From assembly GCA_964543385.1 (NCBI GenBank), contig CAZIYE010000001.1:360001-392000 (forward strand): a stretch of DNA of 32,000 bases, in the 5' to 3' direction. A program made the translations under genes and the position numbers. The notes under the pieces were generated by a model. It saw nothing but the letters and a program-made list of their open reading frames with translations, did not search any database and had not been told where the DNA came from. The stretch comes from an uncultured Candidatus Saccharibacteria bacterium (GTDB lineage Bacteria; Patescibacteriota; UBA1384; XYA2-FULL-43-10; 1-14-0-10-43-13). Below, piece after piece: positions 1-9,956 of the stretch; the first letter of the stretch is position 1; each line of letters begins with the position of its first letter.

Positions 1-26
1 TACTCAACCAAAAGCAGATTGAGCTT

Positions 27-1988
27 CTATTTTCGGGAAAAATAATAGCTCAATATATCCTTAGCTATAGGTGTAGCGATGGCAAAGCTTCCGCCGCCAC
101 CATCAACCAAGACTATTACAGCAATCTCTGGATTTTCATAAGGAGCATAGCATTCAAACCATGCATGAGTTTTTTTGTTATTTAAAAACTGCGCTGTACC
201 GGTTTTACCAGCTAGAGTTACCGGTAAATCATTAAGATTATGAGCCGAACCAGACGGTTCTGTAATAGCCATTCTCATCCCCTTTGCAACTATTTCCAGA
301 ATATCCGGTCTAATAAAATTTTCACTCTCTACTCTAGGACCAAATTCCTTGATGACTTTGCCATCAGTCGCAACGATCTTTTTTACTAATTGCGGCTGTA
401 ACAGCTTACCTTTATTTGCTATCGCAGCAGTCACCCTCAACATTTGCAATGGAGTCACTAGAAGGTCACCTTGGCCTATAGAAACATGATAAGTATCACC
501 AATGTACCAAGGCTCTTTCATAACTTTCTTCTTCCAAGGCGGATTGGGCAATAGGCCACTCGATTCTCCTGGTAGATCAATACCAGATGGCTGTCCAAGG
601 CCAAATTTTTGCCAATATTCGTTAATTTTATCAATGCCTATACCTTTGACTCTGTCATAGCCACCGCCAATAGCATAAAAGAAAATATTATTAGATTCTG
701 CAATTGCTCGCGTAACATCAGTTACTCCGTGATCCCTATTGTCAGGAAAGATATAATCGCCAATTCTGATATCCGGCGGAGTGTCAAAAGACGTATTTTT
801 CGTGATTACTCCCTCTTGAAGACCAGCTGATGCAAGAATTATCTTAGAAATTGATCCTGGGGGGTACACGCCTTTAATAGCCCTATTAAACATTGGACGG
901 TTTTTATCTTCAATTAATTTCTTGTAATCATCATTGGAAATTCCGGTGGCAAATAGATTATTATCATAGTCAGGAAATGAGACTAGTGATAAAACTCCAC
1001 CGGTGTTAACGTCCATAACAATTGCCGTACCTCCACTCACCTCTGATCCAATCAAACGTGTAGCATTATCTATCCCTGCTCTGAGTATCTCCCCAACTTT
1101 TTGTTGCAAATCGAAATCAAGATTCAGCACTATATCGTTTCCAGGAACAGGCTCTTTGTTTTCCTCTTTAACTAAAACTTTGACCGTGTTACCCTTCGAG
1201 TCAACCTCTATCTGTTCAACCCCATTTATACCCTTAAGAAACTTCTCATACTCATATTCCAAACCCGTTTTCCCGGTCTTGTCAGAGGGGTAATAGCCTG
1301 GAGTTTTTTTCATATCTTCTTCGGAAACTATCCCCGTATAGCCAAGTATATGAGCAAGACCATTGCCAATCTGGTACTCGCGGATCGGGGTCTTGGCTAC
1401 AAAAATGCCAGGTATACCAGCGATATTCTCCTCTAACAAAAGCGCATCTTCATGAGAAATATTATTTTTGATTTCTACTCTATCGAGAGATAATAAACGA
1501 TTTCTCTGCTCCCCGATTGTACCATTGCCTTGAATTGTTATTCTTAATTCATCAACCGATATCCCAGAAATTTCTGAGACTTTCTTATATACATTTTCTC
1601 TATCATCTCTATTCTTCGGTAAATCTGATGGATAAACAGCTAGCGCAAATGATGGCCTATTCCTTGCCAGCCAATACCCATTTTTATCGCTGATTAGGCC
1701 CCTAGTAGATTCAAGAATCCTCGGCCTTATTCGATTACCCTCCGCAAGAATCTGATTAGCCTCACCTTCGAAAACTTGCAGAACAAATAATTTAAATATT
1801 AATACGCAAAAAATAAAAACTATTAAAACTTTTAAACTAAAATATGAGTGAGATGTAGTCTTGCTCTCAATCTTTCCGATAGGATCTATTGCTGTGTCTC
1901 CATAAGAATAGTTAAGATAGCCTTGCTTTTCAACACGGCGCTTTCGACGGTCTCCGGCCAATTTTGAAAAGTTACCAAAAATATCCAT
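27..1988 (-). CDS. mrdA: Penicillin-binding protein 2 (elongasome transpeptidase)
   Basis: 653 aa; N-terminal TM segment, PBP dimerisation region, transpeptidase motifs SxxK (PPGSISKI), SNN (ESNNIFF) and KTGTAQ. Confidence 0.93.
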   Translation of the reverse strand: MDIFGNFSKLAGDRRKRRVEKQGYLNYSYGDTAIDPIGKIESKTTSHSYFSLKVLIVFIFCVLIFKLFVLQVFEGEANQILAEGNRIRPRILESTRGLISDKNGYWLARNRPSFALAVYPSDLPKNRDDRENVYKKVSEISGISVDELRITIQGNGTIGEQRNRLLSLDRVEIKNNISHEDALLLEENIAGIPGIFVAKTPIREYQIGNGLAHILGYTGIVSEEDMKKTPGYYPSDKTGKTGLEYEYEKFLKGINGVEQIEVDSKGNTVKVLVKEENKEPVPGNDIVLNLDFDLQQKVGEILRAGIDNATRLIGSEVSGGTAIVMDVNTGGVLSLVSFPDYDNNLFATGISNDDYKKLIEDKNRPMFNRAIKGVYPPGSISKIILASAGLQEGVITKNTSFDTPPDIRIGDYIFPDNRDHGVTDVTRAIAESNNIFFYAIGGGYDRVKGIGIDKINEYWQKFGLGQPSGIDLPGESSGLLPNPPWKKKVMKEPWYIGDTYHVSIGQGDLLVTPLQMLRVTAAIANKGKLLQPQLVKKIVATDGKVIKEFGPRVESENFIRPDILEIVAKGMRMAITEPSGSAHNLNDLPVTLAGKTGTAQFLNNKKTHAWFECYAPYENPEIAVIVLVDGGGGSFAIATPIAKDILSYYFSRK

Positions 1989-2485
1989 TATATTTTTATT
2001 TCGAAAGATTTAAATCTTTTCCTTATCTTGAGATAAAAGTAATATACGATAACTCCTACCATTGTATTAATAAAAACGAACCATGAAAAAGTTAGAAGTC
2101 CCTCATTATTCCAAGCTTTACTATAAATTAATAATACCCCTTCAAAAATAAAGGTCGCGACCAGAAAGTACAGAGGAGATACAATTAGACTAGGCTCTGG
2201 TAAGTAGTATTTTCTGATGTAGCTAATAGCAGCTGGGATAAGAAAAAAATTAACCATAATTGGAAATAGAGGCAATGAAGAAAAGATGGAGAAGAAAAGA
2301 ACCAAAGAAAGAGAAACGATTATGTAATCCTTTTTTGTTTTATCCACAAGAGTGAATATTATCATAAAAATAAATGACGTCAGTATAGTCGCACCGTAAA
2401 CACCTAAAAAACTAAAAAAAGAAATATCCATGAAGGACAGAACGAAAGATAAAACTATCAAAAATAAATATTTTATATAAATCAT
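1988..2485 (-). CDS. mreD: Rod shape-determining protein MreD-like membrane protein
   Basis: 165 aa multi-TM protein between mreC and mrdA; overlaps both by a few nt. Confidence 0.75.
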   Translation of the reverse strand: MIYIKYLFLIVLSFVLSFMDISFFSFLGVYGATILTSFIFMIIFTLVDKTKKDYIIVSLSLVLFFSIFSSLPLFPIMVNFFLIPAAISYIRKYYLPEPSLIVSPLYFLVATFIFEGVLLIYSKAWNNEGLLTFSWFVFINTMVGVIVYYFYLKIRKRFKSFEIKI

Positions 2486-3267
2486 TTTTTCTCGATAAAC
2501 ACTAATTCCAAGATAGATAAATCTATAATAGGCTCAACCCCAACGCTTTTAAAGATCCCGGAGGAATTTGACTGTATAGCACCAGCTTTACCAATTAAAA
2601 TGCCTGCCTTCATTTTGCCGCCCAACCCAGAAGTGACTATATATTCCCCTACTTTGTAATCAGTATCAGATACTATATTTTCCATAAATAATCCATTTAT
2701 TCCACCTTTCAATATTCCCTTTGCCCGACAGTCCTGGAGAGCAACCTGAATAATTGAATCCTTACTTGTTATCAATACTACTTTCGAATGAGTGTCCGAA
2801 ACCTCTCTTATCTGACCAACTAAAACACCATTGTAAATAACTGCAGCTCCCTCTACTATGTCGTCCGCCTTCCCCTTGTCAACAATAAAATAATCCAGGA
2901 AAGAAGTAGGCTCACGCTCAATAATTTTGGCCGGAATTAAAGTTCCTTTCTCATTCTGATCCATAAAACCTAGCTCTTTCTTCAGGAGACGGTTTTCTAT
3001 CTCTAACTCATTGATCCGACTTTTATCTACCTGAAGACCAATTATTTTGTCGGTAAGGACATTATTTTGATTTTTTAAATCAGATATATGGAATACAAAT
3101 GAGATTTTTCTTCTCAGAGATTTTCCGAGACTGGAAAAGACATCCAGTCCGCCATCGGTCACATCGTAAGCTTCTGATCTAACAGAACTTTTGAATGATG
3201 GAGAAAAGCCGATCATTATTATCAAAGCGGCTATTAGAAAAACAAAAAAGAAAAAGGCTCTTTTCAT
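2482..3267 (-). CDS. mreC: Rod shape-determining protein MreC
   Basis: 261 aa; N-terminal TM, coiled coil, and MreC-like IPAKIIEREPTSFLDYFIVDKG / GLVGQI / KVVLITS / VTSGLGG motifs. Confidence 0.9.
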   Translation of the reverse strand: MKRAFFFFVFLIAALIIMIGFSPSFKSSVRSEAYDVTDGGLDVFSSLGKSLRRKISFVFHISDLKNQNNVLTDKIIGLQVDKSRINELEIENRLLKKELGFMDQNEKGTLIPAKIIEREPTSFLDYFIVDKGKADDIVEGAAVIYNGVLVGQIREVSDTHSKVVLITSKDSIIQVALQDCRAKGILKGGINGLFMENIVSDTDYKVGEYIVTSGLGGKMKAGILIGKAGAIQSNSSGIFKSVGVEPIIDLSILELVFIEKK

Positions 3268-3269
3268 GA

Positions 3270-4322
3270 TTATCTCTTAAATTCTTTTGGCAATAACACA
3301 TTTGAAAGTAAATCAAGATCTTCCAATACCATTCCGGCTCCCCTTACAACTGCTGTTAACGGATCATCAGCGATATGCACTTGTGTTTGAGTTTCGATAG
3401 CAATACGACGGTCAAGTCCTCGAAGTAATGCTCCACCACCTGATAAAACTATACCCCTGTCCATAATATCAGCAAGCAATTCTGGCGGAGTCTCTTCCAT
3501 TGTGACCCTTATACTCTCCAAAATCTGATTAAGAGATTTTCTGGTCGCTTCACGAATTTGAGTATCATTGACTATAATTTCCTTTGGCAATCCAGAAACA
3601 AGATCCCTGCCTCTCATGGGGGCTTCGAGTTTCTCTTTCATTTCGATAGCAGACCCTACTTTAATTTTAATCTCCTCTGCTGTTCTTTCACCTAAAAGGA
3701 GGTTGAATTTGTCTCTGGCATATTGGATTATATCTTCATTTAGCTCATCGCCAGCAATGCGTAGCGATCTAGAAGCCACTACTCCCCCAAGAGATATAAC
3801 AGCTACCTCTGTAGTACCACCACCAATATCAACAATCATACTGCCAGAAGCGTCCTGTATGGGCAATCTTGCACCAATTGCCGCGGCAATTGGCTCCTCT
3901 ATCAAAAAAACCTCACGCGCACCGGCATTGATTGCTCCCTCTTCGACAGCTCTTCTCTCTACTTCCGTCACGCTATGCGGAATTCCGATCACTACTCTGG
4001 GCCTAGGAATTAATGTAAATCTTTCTCTATGTATTCTATCAAAGAAATATTTAAGCATCTGTTCAGTAATCTCAAAGTCCGAAATTACACCGTCAACAAG
4101 CGGTCTTACGGCTACTATATGCGCAGGAGTTCTACCTACCATTCTTTTAGCCTCTTCACCAACAGCCAAAATCTCCTTTGTCCGTTTATTTATCGCCACG
4201 ACAGAAGGCTCCTTAATCACAATACCCTGGCCCTTAAGGTATACGAGCGTATTTGCAGTTCCAAGATCGATACCAATATCTTGCGAAAAACGATTTAAAA
4301 TTTTACTGAAAGGATTTATCAC
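3270..4322 (-). CDS. mreB: Rod shape-determining protein MreB (bacterial actin)
   Basis: 350 aa; IGIDLGTANTLVY, PHIVAVRPL.DGVI, EPIAAAIGA, MIVDIGGGTTEVAVIS, LSGGGALLRG. Confidence 0.98.
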   Translation of the reverse strand: MINPFSKILNRFSQDIGIDLGTANTLVYLKGQGIVIKEPSVVAINKRTKEILAVGEEAKRMVGRTPAHIVAVRPLVDGVISDFEITEQMLKYFFDRIHRERFTLIPRPRVVIGIPHSVTEVERRAVEEGAINAGAREVFLIEEPIAAAIGARLPIQDASGSMIVDIGGGTTEVAVISLGGVVASRSLRIAGDELNEDIIQYARDKFNLLLGERTAEEIKIKVGSAIEMKEKLEAPMRGRDLVSGLPKEIIVNDTQIREATRKSLNQILESIRVTMEETPPELLADIMDRGIVLSGGGALLRGLDRRIAIETQTQVHIADDPLTAVVRGAGMVLEDLDLLSNVLLPKEFKR

Positions 4323-4472
4323 AATAAGAGATCCAAATTATATACTAACAAAAAACACCGATATTTTGGAAATGAACTACTGTTAGCTTCATCTCCAAAT
4401 GTTCAGATTCATTTTTAGTCTAATTCAAATAAGCCTTATGGTCAAGCAGAGAACAACACCTCTTTTCAAAAA

Positions 4473-5441
4473 TTACATATAATTGTAGACATTTCTCTGA
4501 TGTTCTGCAGAGTTGACAGCCGGATGAATCTTGCCATCAGTCCCATATAAGAAGAAAAAGTATTCACTAGGAGTTGGTGACAATGTTGCTTTAATACTGG
4601 CAATACCGGGATTGCAGATAGGTCCAATTGGCAAACCCTTCACCTGATAGGTATTATAACCAGAAATTACACTGGTGAATTCTGATGTTTTTGCCGACTT
4701 CCAGAAAGAGTACTCTTTCTGATCATCGACACTAAGCTTGGCAAAATTATTTGTGTCTCGACCATATTCAACAGTTGGATCAGACTGTAATTTCATTCCT
4801 ATTTTGATCCTGTTCTTATATATACCAGCGATTAGGGCGCGGTCGGTATCATTAGCTGCTTCACGCTCAACTATCGAAGCGATGATCAGGTCGTCATCAG
4901 ATAGGTTTAATCCATTGGTACGTTTCGAAAAATCGTCAAACATCATTTTCACGATAGCCGATGCAGTCATCTTTGGTTCGAAATAGTAAGTGTCAGGAAA
5001 AAGCTTACCTTCGTAGGACTTTGCCGCGATTAGAAATTCGTTGTAATCAACAATTTTGTTCGCCTCAAGCTTGGCACCAATCTGTTCAGTCCTCCAGCCC
5101 TCTGGGATAGTAATTTTAACAACCTTAGTATTACCAGAATCGATTATATTGATGATGTCCGACATTGAAGCATTAGCCGGTATTTCATAAAAACCAACTT
5201 TTGTTCTTTTGTTAAATATTTTGATTGCATAGACATAAAGACTCTTATTTTTTATAAGGTTCTTTGTATACAGCAAGCTTGCCAAGTCTTTGCTAGTTTT
5301 GCCCTTTTCAATCTGAATAAGTGTATTTTCCCTAATGTCTCCGTTGGCTTTCGTATATTCTTTTTCAGCAAGAAATAACAATGACGCGATCGCCACAAAG
5401 ACACAGAACAAAACAGCAAATATTATGTAAATTACTTTCAT
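4473..5441 (-). CDS. mltG: Endolytic murein transglycosylase MltG/YceG family
   Basis: 322 aa; N-terminal TM, IPEGWRTEQIGAKL, LFPDTYYF, ASIVEREA, KLQSDPTVEYG. Confidence 0.92.
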   Translation of the reverse strand: MKVIYIIFAVLFCVFVAIASLLFLAEKEYTKANGDIRENTLIQIEKGKTSKDLASLLYTKNLIKNKSLYVYAIKIFNKRTKVGFYEIPANASMSDIINIIDSGNTKVVKITIPEGWRTEQIGAKLEANKIVDYNEFLIAAKSYEGKLFPDTYYFEPKMTASAIVKMMFDDFSKRTNGLNLSDDDLIIASIVEREAANDTDRALIAGIYKNRIKIGMKLQSDPTVEYGRDTNNFAKLSVDDQKEYSFWKSAKTSEFTSVISGYNTYQVKGLPIGPICNPGIASIKATLSPTPSEYFFFLYGTDGKIHPAVNSAEHQRNVYNYM

Positions 5442-5893
5442 GAACTAATATCCGGTTTTATATATTGATCATTCTTCGAATGTTCAAGAAAACGTTCAAG
5501 GATGATTATTGCTGCCATCTCATCCACTTCGCCACTTTTTCTCTGCACTTTCTTATCATTAGAGATAAATAGGTTCTGTGCCTCTGATGAAGAAAAATTT
5601 TCTTCTTGAAAATAGATTGCTAGACTTGTGCTCCGTGAAAGTTCATCTGCAAATTTTCTGATCCTGCTATCCAATGTCCCGGCTTCTCCCTGAGATCTAG
5701 TTGGCAAACCAATTATTATGCCCGAATAATTTTCCTGTTCAACGATCTTTTTAATCTCTTCTAAAACAAAGGCATCTCCTTTGCTGGCGTCGATAACACC
5801 TAATCCCTTCGGGAAAATAGCACCCGAAGCTAAGCCAACTCTTTTCGTGCCGTAATCTATAGATAGATATTTATTGTATATTTTGTCTTCCAT
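5438..5893 (-). CDS. ruvX: Putative Holliday junction resolvase YqgF/RuvX
   Basis: 151 aa; LSIDYGTKRVGLA and IIIGLP motifs; 4-nt overlap with mltG. Confidence 0.88.
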   Translation of the reverse strand: MEDKIYNKYLSIDYGTKRVGLASGAIFPKGLGVIDASKGDAFVLEEIKKIVEQENYSGIIIGLPTRSQGEAGTLDSRIRKFADELSRSTSLAIYFQEENFSSSEAQNLFISNDKKVQRKSGEVDEMAAIIILERFLEHSKNDQYIKPDISS

Positions 5894-5970
5894 ATATAAC
5901 TATTATATCATTTTGAGGGTCATCAAAAAAGATCATCCTCCCTCTTGTCCTAAGAAATTGATGTTAGACC

Positions 5971-7761
5971 TTATTTATTATAATCAAACTCAACACTTAT
6001 TTTATCCGCAATCATTGGGGTTCTTTGCCAGAAGTTCGGCAAGATATTTATAGAAGAAGAATCTACGCCGTCAACTGAACTTAGATATGATTTGGCTGCT
6101 TTTACATCTTTATTTTTAATATTGCTCTTAACCATATCAACGTCGATCTTCTTGCCAACCTTACCAGTGAAAACAGCCTCTAGCTCCATTTCCCCGTTAT
6201 CGATATTACTTGTCTTAACCTTATAAACGATATTACTCTTTTCAGGATTGATAATCATTTCGTTAACATCTATCTTGCCTTCTATTCCCTTTGTGACTGT
6301 CTTCTTAATATCATCCTCCAGAAAACCCAGAACAAAGAATTTGATTTTCATTTTAAAATCAAAGCTATCTGATTCATCGTCAACCTTTTTAGAAGCATCT
6401 TGCGAAACAGTCTCCGAGCTTATTTGACCTTCTAGAATCTTCAAATTACTTTCTGTAGCCTTGGCGGCTAATTCTTTCTTAGCCAATTCAAGTAGCTCAG
6501 CCTTTATATCAGCTTCCGCTTTTGTTAAGTCTTCCTCTGTTACAATTTTAACTTCTTTGTTAGTGCCACCAGTAAAAGCAGCTTTGCTCTCTGCAAAAAC
6601 CTTAGTACTAACAAAACCTGCAACATCAAACTTTCTGGCTGAAAGATTGAAAGTATCACCAGATTTGTCAGCCACAACCTCAACATCAATAGTGCCAGCA
6701 GTAGTTTTAAGAACTGGAATATTATTTTCTATCGCTGCAGTCGCCTTTGCAACTGGAACTATAACTTCGGCTTGTAAGATAAATTCTTTTGAATCACTAA
6801 CTATTTTAGTGCCTTTTGCTAGTTTGATAGAACTTTGAAAATTATAAAGGTTAGATATCGTGACAGTGCCTTTTGCCTTTTCCCCTACATTTTTTTTACC
6901 AGTAGAAGCAACTGTCTTGGTAGATTCCTTTTCCAAGTCCACAATTTTTCCAGGAGCTGCCAATGTCTCATTGGCAGATTTTATATCCCGGCCTACAAGC
7001 ACACTGACTTTTTCGTCTATGTCTCTGGTCTTTAAAATTACTGTTGCTTTTGCACTAGGCAAGAAATAAACTCCGGAACCGATGATCACTACAAACAAAG
7101 CTGCGACAATTATAGCAAATAAGATTCTCCTCGAACCCTCTGTCTTGATATGTTTCTTCTTTATTATTGGATCCTGGTTATCTTGCTTCATGTAGGCTTT
7201 ATCATTATTTATATATTGATCTTTATCATCATAATTTTCCTCACTGTCTATTTCAACTTGTTGATCAATTTCGTCCTCGTAGTGCTCTATGCTTCTTTTC
7301 TTGAATTGAGGCTCTTCTTCATTATCATCTTCTACAGAATCATCAACATTTGTTTCCTCCACCCCTTCGTCAGAATCAACTTTGGCATTTAGATTAGCCA
7401 GAGAATAACGTTTGTAGGCATTGACCTTCAGGCCCATATCGCTATTAGAATTATCTTGACCTGATTTTAGTTCTTCGGCCACCGGCTTTATATGGGCCTT
7501 CTCTGCTTCAGCAACATTCGAAAAAACACTGATTTTCAATTGATTGGCTAAATTCGCAGTAATTTTATCAGCAGAGACCAATGCTGTCGCTTTGCCATGA
7601 GTCTTAGCACTACGCATAAGCAACTTAAGATTGATGATACTCTGACCGATAGTTCCGCCACGAGGAACAACCAAAATGACAACCTCATTCTGGCTTTTCC
7701 TTATCTTATCAATGACAGAGGTTATTTCCTCATCTGCTTCTAAATATATAATGTCGTTCAT
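5971..7761 (-). CDS. Membrane-anchored baseplate-J-like protein
   Basis: 596 aa; N-terminal ~90 aa alpha/beta domain, acidic linker, one TM (RRILFAIIVAALFVVIIGSGVYFLP), then a GTVTISNLYNFQSSIKLAKGTKIVS...VPVAKA...VEVVADKSGDTFNL pattern resembling baseplate-J-like domains. Confidence 0.65.
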   Translation of the reverse strand: MNDIIYLEADEEITSVIDKIRKSQNEVVILVVPRGGTIGQSIINLKLLMRSAKTHGKATALVSADKITANLANQLKISVFSNVAEAEKAHIKPVAEELKSGQDNSNSDMGLKVNAYKRYSLANLNAKVDSDEGVEETNVDDSVEDDNEEEPQFKKRSIEHYEDEIDQQVEIDSEENYDDKDQYINNDKAYMKQDNQDPIIKKKHIKTEGSRRILFAIIVAALFVVIIGSGVYFLPSAKATVILKTRDIDEKVSVLVGRDIKSANETLAAPGKIVDLEKESTKTVASTGKKNVGEKAKGTVTISNLYNFQSSIKLAKGTKIVSDSKEFILQAEVIVPVAKATAAIENNIPVLKTTAGTIDVEVVADKSGDTFNLSARKFDVAGFVSTKVFAESKAAFTGGTNKEVKIVTEEDLTKAEADIKAELLELAKKELAAKATESNLKILEGQISSETVSQDASKKVDDESDSFDFKMKIKFFVLGFLEDDIKKTVTKGIEGKIDVNEMIINPEKSNIVYKVKTSNIDNGEMELEAVFTGKVGKKIDVDMVKSNIKNKDVKAAKSYLSSVDGVDSSSINILPNFWQRTPMIADKISVEFDYNK

Positions 7762-7812
7762 AGTATGGTTATAAAGTGACCAGTTATTTCTTCTATATTC
7801 CCCTATCTACCC

Positions 7813-9063
7813 TTAGCTTCTCAATCCTTCTGTAATTCTTTCAACCAGCCCATCTACCACACCCTCTTCTCCGGCGAGATCAATTGCTAAATTTGCAAGA
7901 GCCATTGGAGTAATATCTTGAGAACCAGTCAACTTGCCCGTCTCGTCCTTTATAGAGATAAGTTGCTTTGGTTTTATAAAGTCAACTTTCGGCTGTTTTG
8001 CAAAAGGCAATCTTTTCACCCAGCTCTTTTTCTCTAAATACTCCTGAATATCTGGCAATAATGAACCGCCCCCACAAAGCAAAATCTTTGATGGCAAAAG
8101 CTCGATATTTGCAAAGTCTTCTAAAGCTAATTCTACACCCGCTAGCCAAACTTCACAATCATTTTCTATTGCTTTCTTTATCTTCGCATATATTTCAGAA
8201 TCAGTCGGTATTTTTCCTGCTGAATAGTCAATCTTCAGTTTCTCTGCCTCTGCAAATGTCTTATCAAAGGCATCAGCAATCGATTTAGTGAAAACACGTC
8301 CGCCGATAGCAAACATCTTAGTGCCCTCGACTCCGCCGCCTCGAACAACAGCAATATCAGTGGTACCTCCACCAATATCAATAAAGATTGAGGAAAATTC
8401 TGCTGAATCCTCAAGCCCGACACACCTAGCCACCGCATACGGTTCAGCGGCGATAGAGAGCAGATCTAGTCCGAGCTCTTCGGCTATCGTCTGTAGGGCA
8501 CCAAGATGAACAATAGGAGCAAAGGCATTGAAAATACCTACCTGGATATCTCTTCCCTGAAAACCAACAGGATTGGTCACCTTGTAGCCATCTATTCGAA
8601 CATCAACAACTGCAGAGTTAACGAGTTTAACATCAAGCTCAGCCTGACCAGTCTCCCAAGCGAGCTCGCTCCGAGTCTTCTCAAATGCCCTGCTTTGGAC
8701 CTGTTCTATAATTTCTCTCAATTCTTTGACTGTAATTTTTTCTTTGGGTTTTTCTCGTGTGTAATGGACTGTTGTAGTGGCTCCCTTTACCAATTCTCCG
8801 GCAATTCCAATAACACATTGCTTTGGCGAAACCTGAGCTACCTCGAAGGCATCTTCAAGCGCCTCATTGCAATTTTTTATGACTCCATAAATGTCGGTAA
8901 CCCTTCCTCCTTGCATATCAGAAAGCTGCTGTTTCTTCTTCGAAGTGCCAACAACGTAAGCTACGTCACTCTCTATACGAAAAATAAGTACTTTGACATA
9001 CTCAGTACCTATATCGAGTGATATAGCATAATTTTTTCTACTTTTCTTCGCAAATAGTCCCAC
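7813..9063 (-). CDS. FtsA/PilM-like actin-fold ATPase
   Basis: 416 aa; ISLDIGTEYVKVLI, SIFIDIGGGTTDIAVV, KILLCGGGSLLPDI. Confidence 0.75.
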   Translation of the reverse strand: MGLFAKKSRKNYAISLDIGTEYVKVLIFRIESDVAYVVGTSKKKQQLSDMQGGRVTDIYGVIKNCNEALEDAFEVAQVSPKQCVIGIAGELVKGATTTVHYTREKPKEKITVKELREIIEQVQSRAFEKTRSELAWETGQAELDVKLVNSAVVDVRIDGYKVTNPVGFQGRDIQVGIFNAFAPIVHLGALQTIAEELGLDLLSIAAEPYAVARCVGLEDSAEFSSIFIDIGGGTTDIAVVRGGGVEGTKMFAIGGRVFTKSIADAFDKTFAEAEKLKIDYSAGKIPTDSEIYAKIKKAIENDCEVWLAGVELALEDFANIELLPSKILLCGGGSLLPDIQEYLEKKSWVKRLPFAKQPKVDFIKPKQLISIKDETGKLTGSQDITPMALANLAIDLAGEEGVVDGLVERITEGLRS

Positions 9064-9092
9064 AAAAACCCCTCATTTTAAGGTATAGATAT

Positions 9093-9098
9093 ATTATA
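9093..9098 (-). promoter_or_regulatory. Candidate -10 element (TATAAT) upstream of the FtsA/PilM-like gene
   Basis: Minus strand reads GTTATAATATATC about 30 nt upstream of the 9063 start; no clear -35. Confidence 0.45.
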
Positions 9099-9123
9099 AC
9101 AAAAATTTCGTTAAATAAAACAA

Positions 9124-9157
9124 CTGAGTCGGTCCGCACAATGGCGAACCGACTCGA
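9124..9157 (-). terminator. Candidate rho-independent terminator downstream of pyrE
   Basis: GAGTCGGT (9126-9133) pairs with ACCGACTC (9148-9155); minus strand continues CAGTTGTTTTATTT. Confidence 0.6.
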
Positions 9158-9193
9158 GTTTGTCCGTATAGGACTATCACCCCCCTTCGATAT

Positions 9194-9943
9194 TTACGCA
9201 GCGTTCATGGCCGCTTCCAGAATATCCCATTCCAGTTTGGGATGGCGCACAACCTGACCGGCAGCAATCAGCGCTGCGACCGTCGGATCATCCTGATGAT
9301 ATTCTTCTGTCGGCCGGAAAATGTCGCATAGTATGGGAATCGGCGGTTTGCCGGGCCGACAAAATTCGTGTGTTTCCGGCCACGCCCGATCAACAGCGCA
9401 GATCACATATTGGACGATTCCGCCACCCTCTTCGATGAGATCTGCCATCTTACCGGTGCTTTTGCCATTATTGAAAACGTCTTCTCCGATGGCATAGCGT
9501 TTACCGGGGATAATTGGGTGACGACCTGCTTTGAACATCGAGGCTTTACGGGTGCTCTCCGTTTCCAGCGCAGTCACTATTTCATCCGGAAACCCGTATT
9601 CAATCTGGTCGTAGCCACGGTGCCAGCAGATATGCGCGATCGCCTCTGAGAGAGTGAGACCGCCCATTGGTGAACCGTAGATCACCTCAGGAAATCCGTT
9701 CGCGTGCAGCAGGCCGAACATCATCTCGGCAAACTGTACATTATCCGCCGTCCCTTCGACCATAGCGTAATTGTAGTACGCCGCGCCAACCCAGTGATGG
9801 ATTTCATCATATTTGGCCGAATACTGTACCAACGGCCCAACGATTTTACCATCAGGGGTTGACTTCGATTGATAGGACCCGCGGCGTTGCCGCATAAGCA
9901 GCAGCAAGCGATCTTGCTCCTGCTGATTTGGTGAATATAACAC
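9194..9943 (-). CDS. pyrE: Orotate phosphoribosyltransferase-like protein
   Basis: Start refined to GTG at 9943, preceded by AGAGGAGG Shine-Dalgarno immediately after the pyrF stop. PRPP-loop-like YAIGEDVFNNGKSTGKMADLIEEGGG and adjacency to pyrF. Confidence 0.68.
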   Translation of the reverse strand: MLYSPNQQEQDRLLLLMRQRRGSYQSKSTPDGKIVGPLVQYSAKYDEIHHWVGAAYYNYAMVEGTADNVQFAEMMFGLLHANGFPEVIYGSPMGGLTLSEAIAHICWHRGYDQIEYGFPDEIVTALETESTRKASMFKAGRHPIIPGKRYAIGEDVFNNGKSTGKMADLIEEGGGIVQYVICAVDRAWPETHEFCRPGKPPIPILCDIFRPTEEYHQDDPTVAALIAAGQVVRHPKLEWDILEAAMNAA

Positions 9944-9956
9944 GATATCGCCTCCT

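Noticed and set aside
3568-4386. 272-aa ORF antisense to mreB (and other long antisense ORFs at 8506-9021, 16199-16657, 16773-17438, 17844-18299).
   Set aside because: They lie wholly or mostly opposite strongly supported genes, have no recognisable domains, and are explained by codon bias of the real gene.
5971-7761. Baseplate-J-like protein as part of a prophage or contractile injection system.
   Set aside because: No sheath, tube, spike or other baseplate genes are adjacent, and the protein is membrane-anchored within a housekeeping operon.
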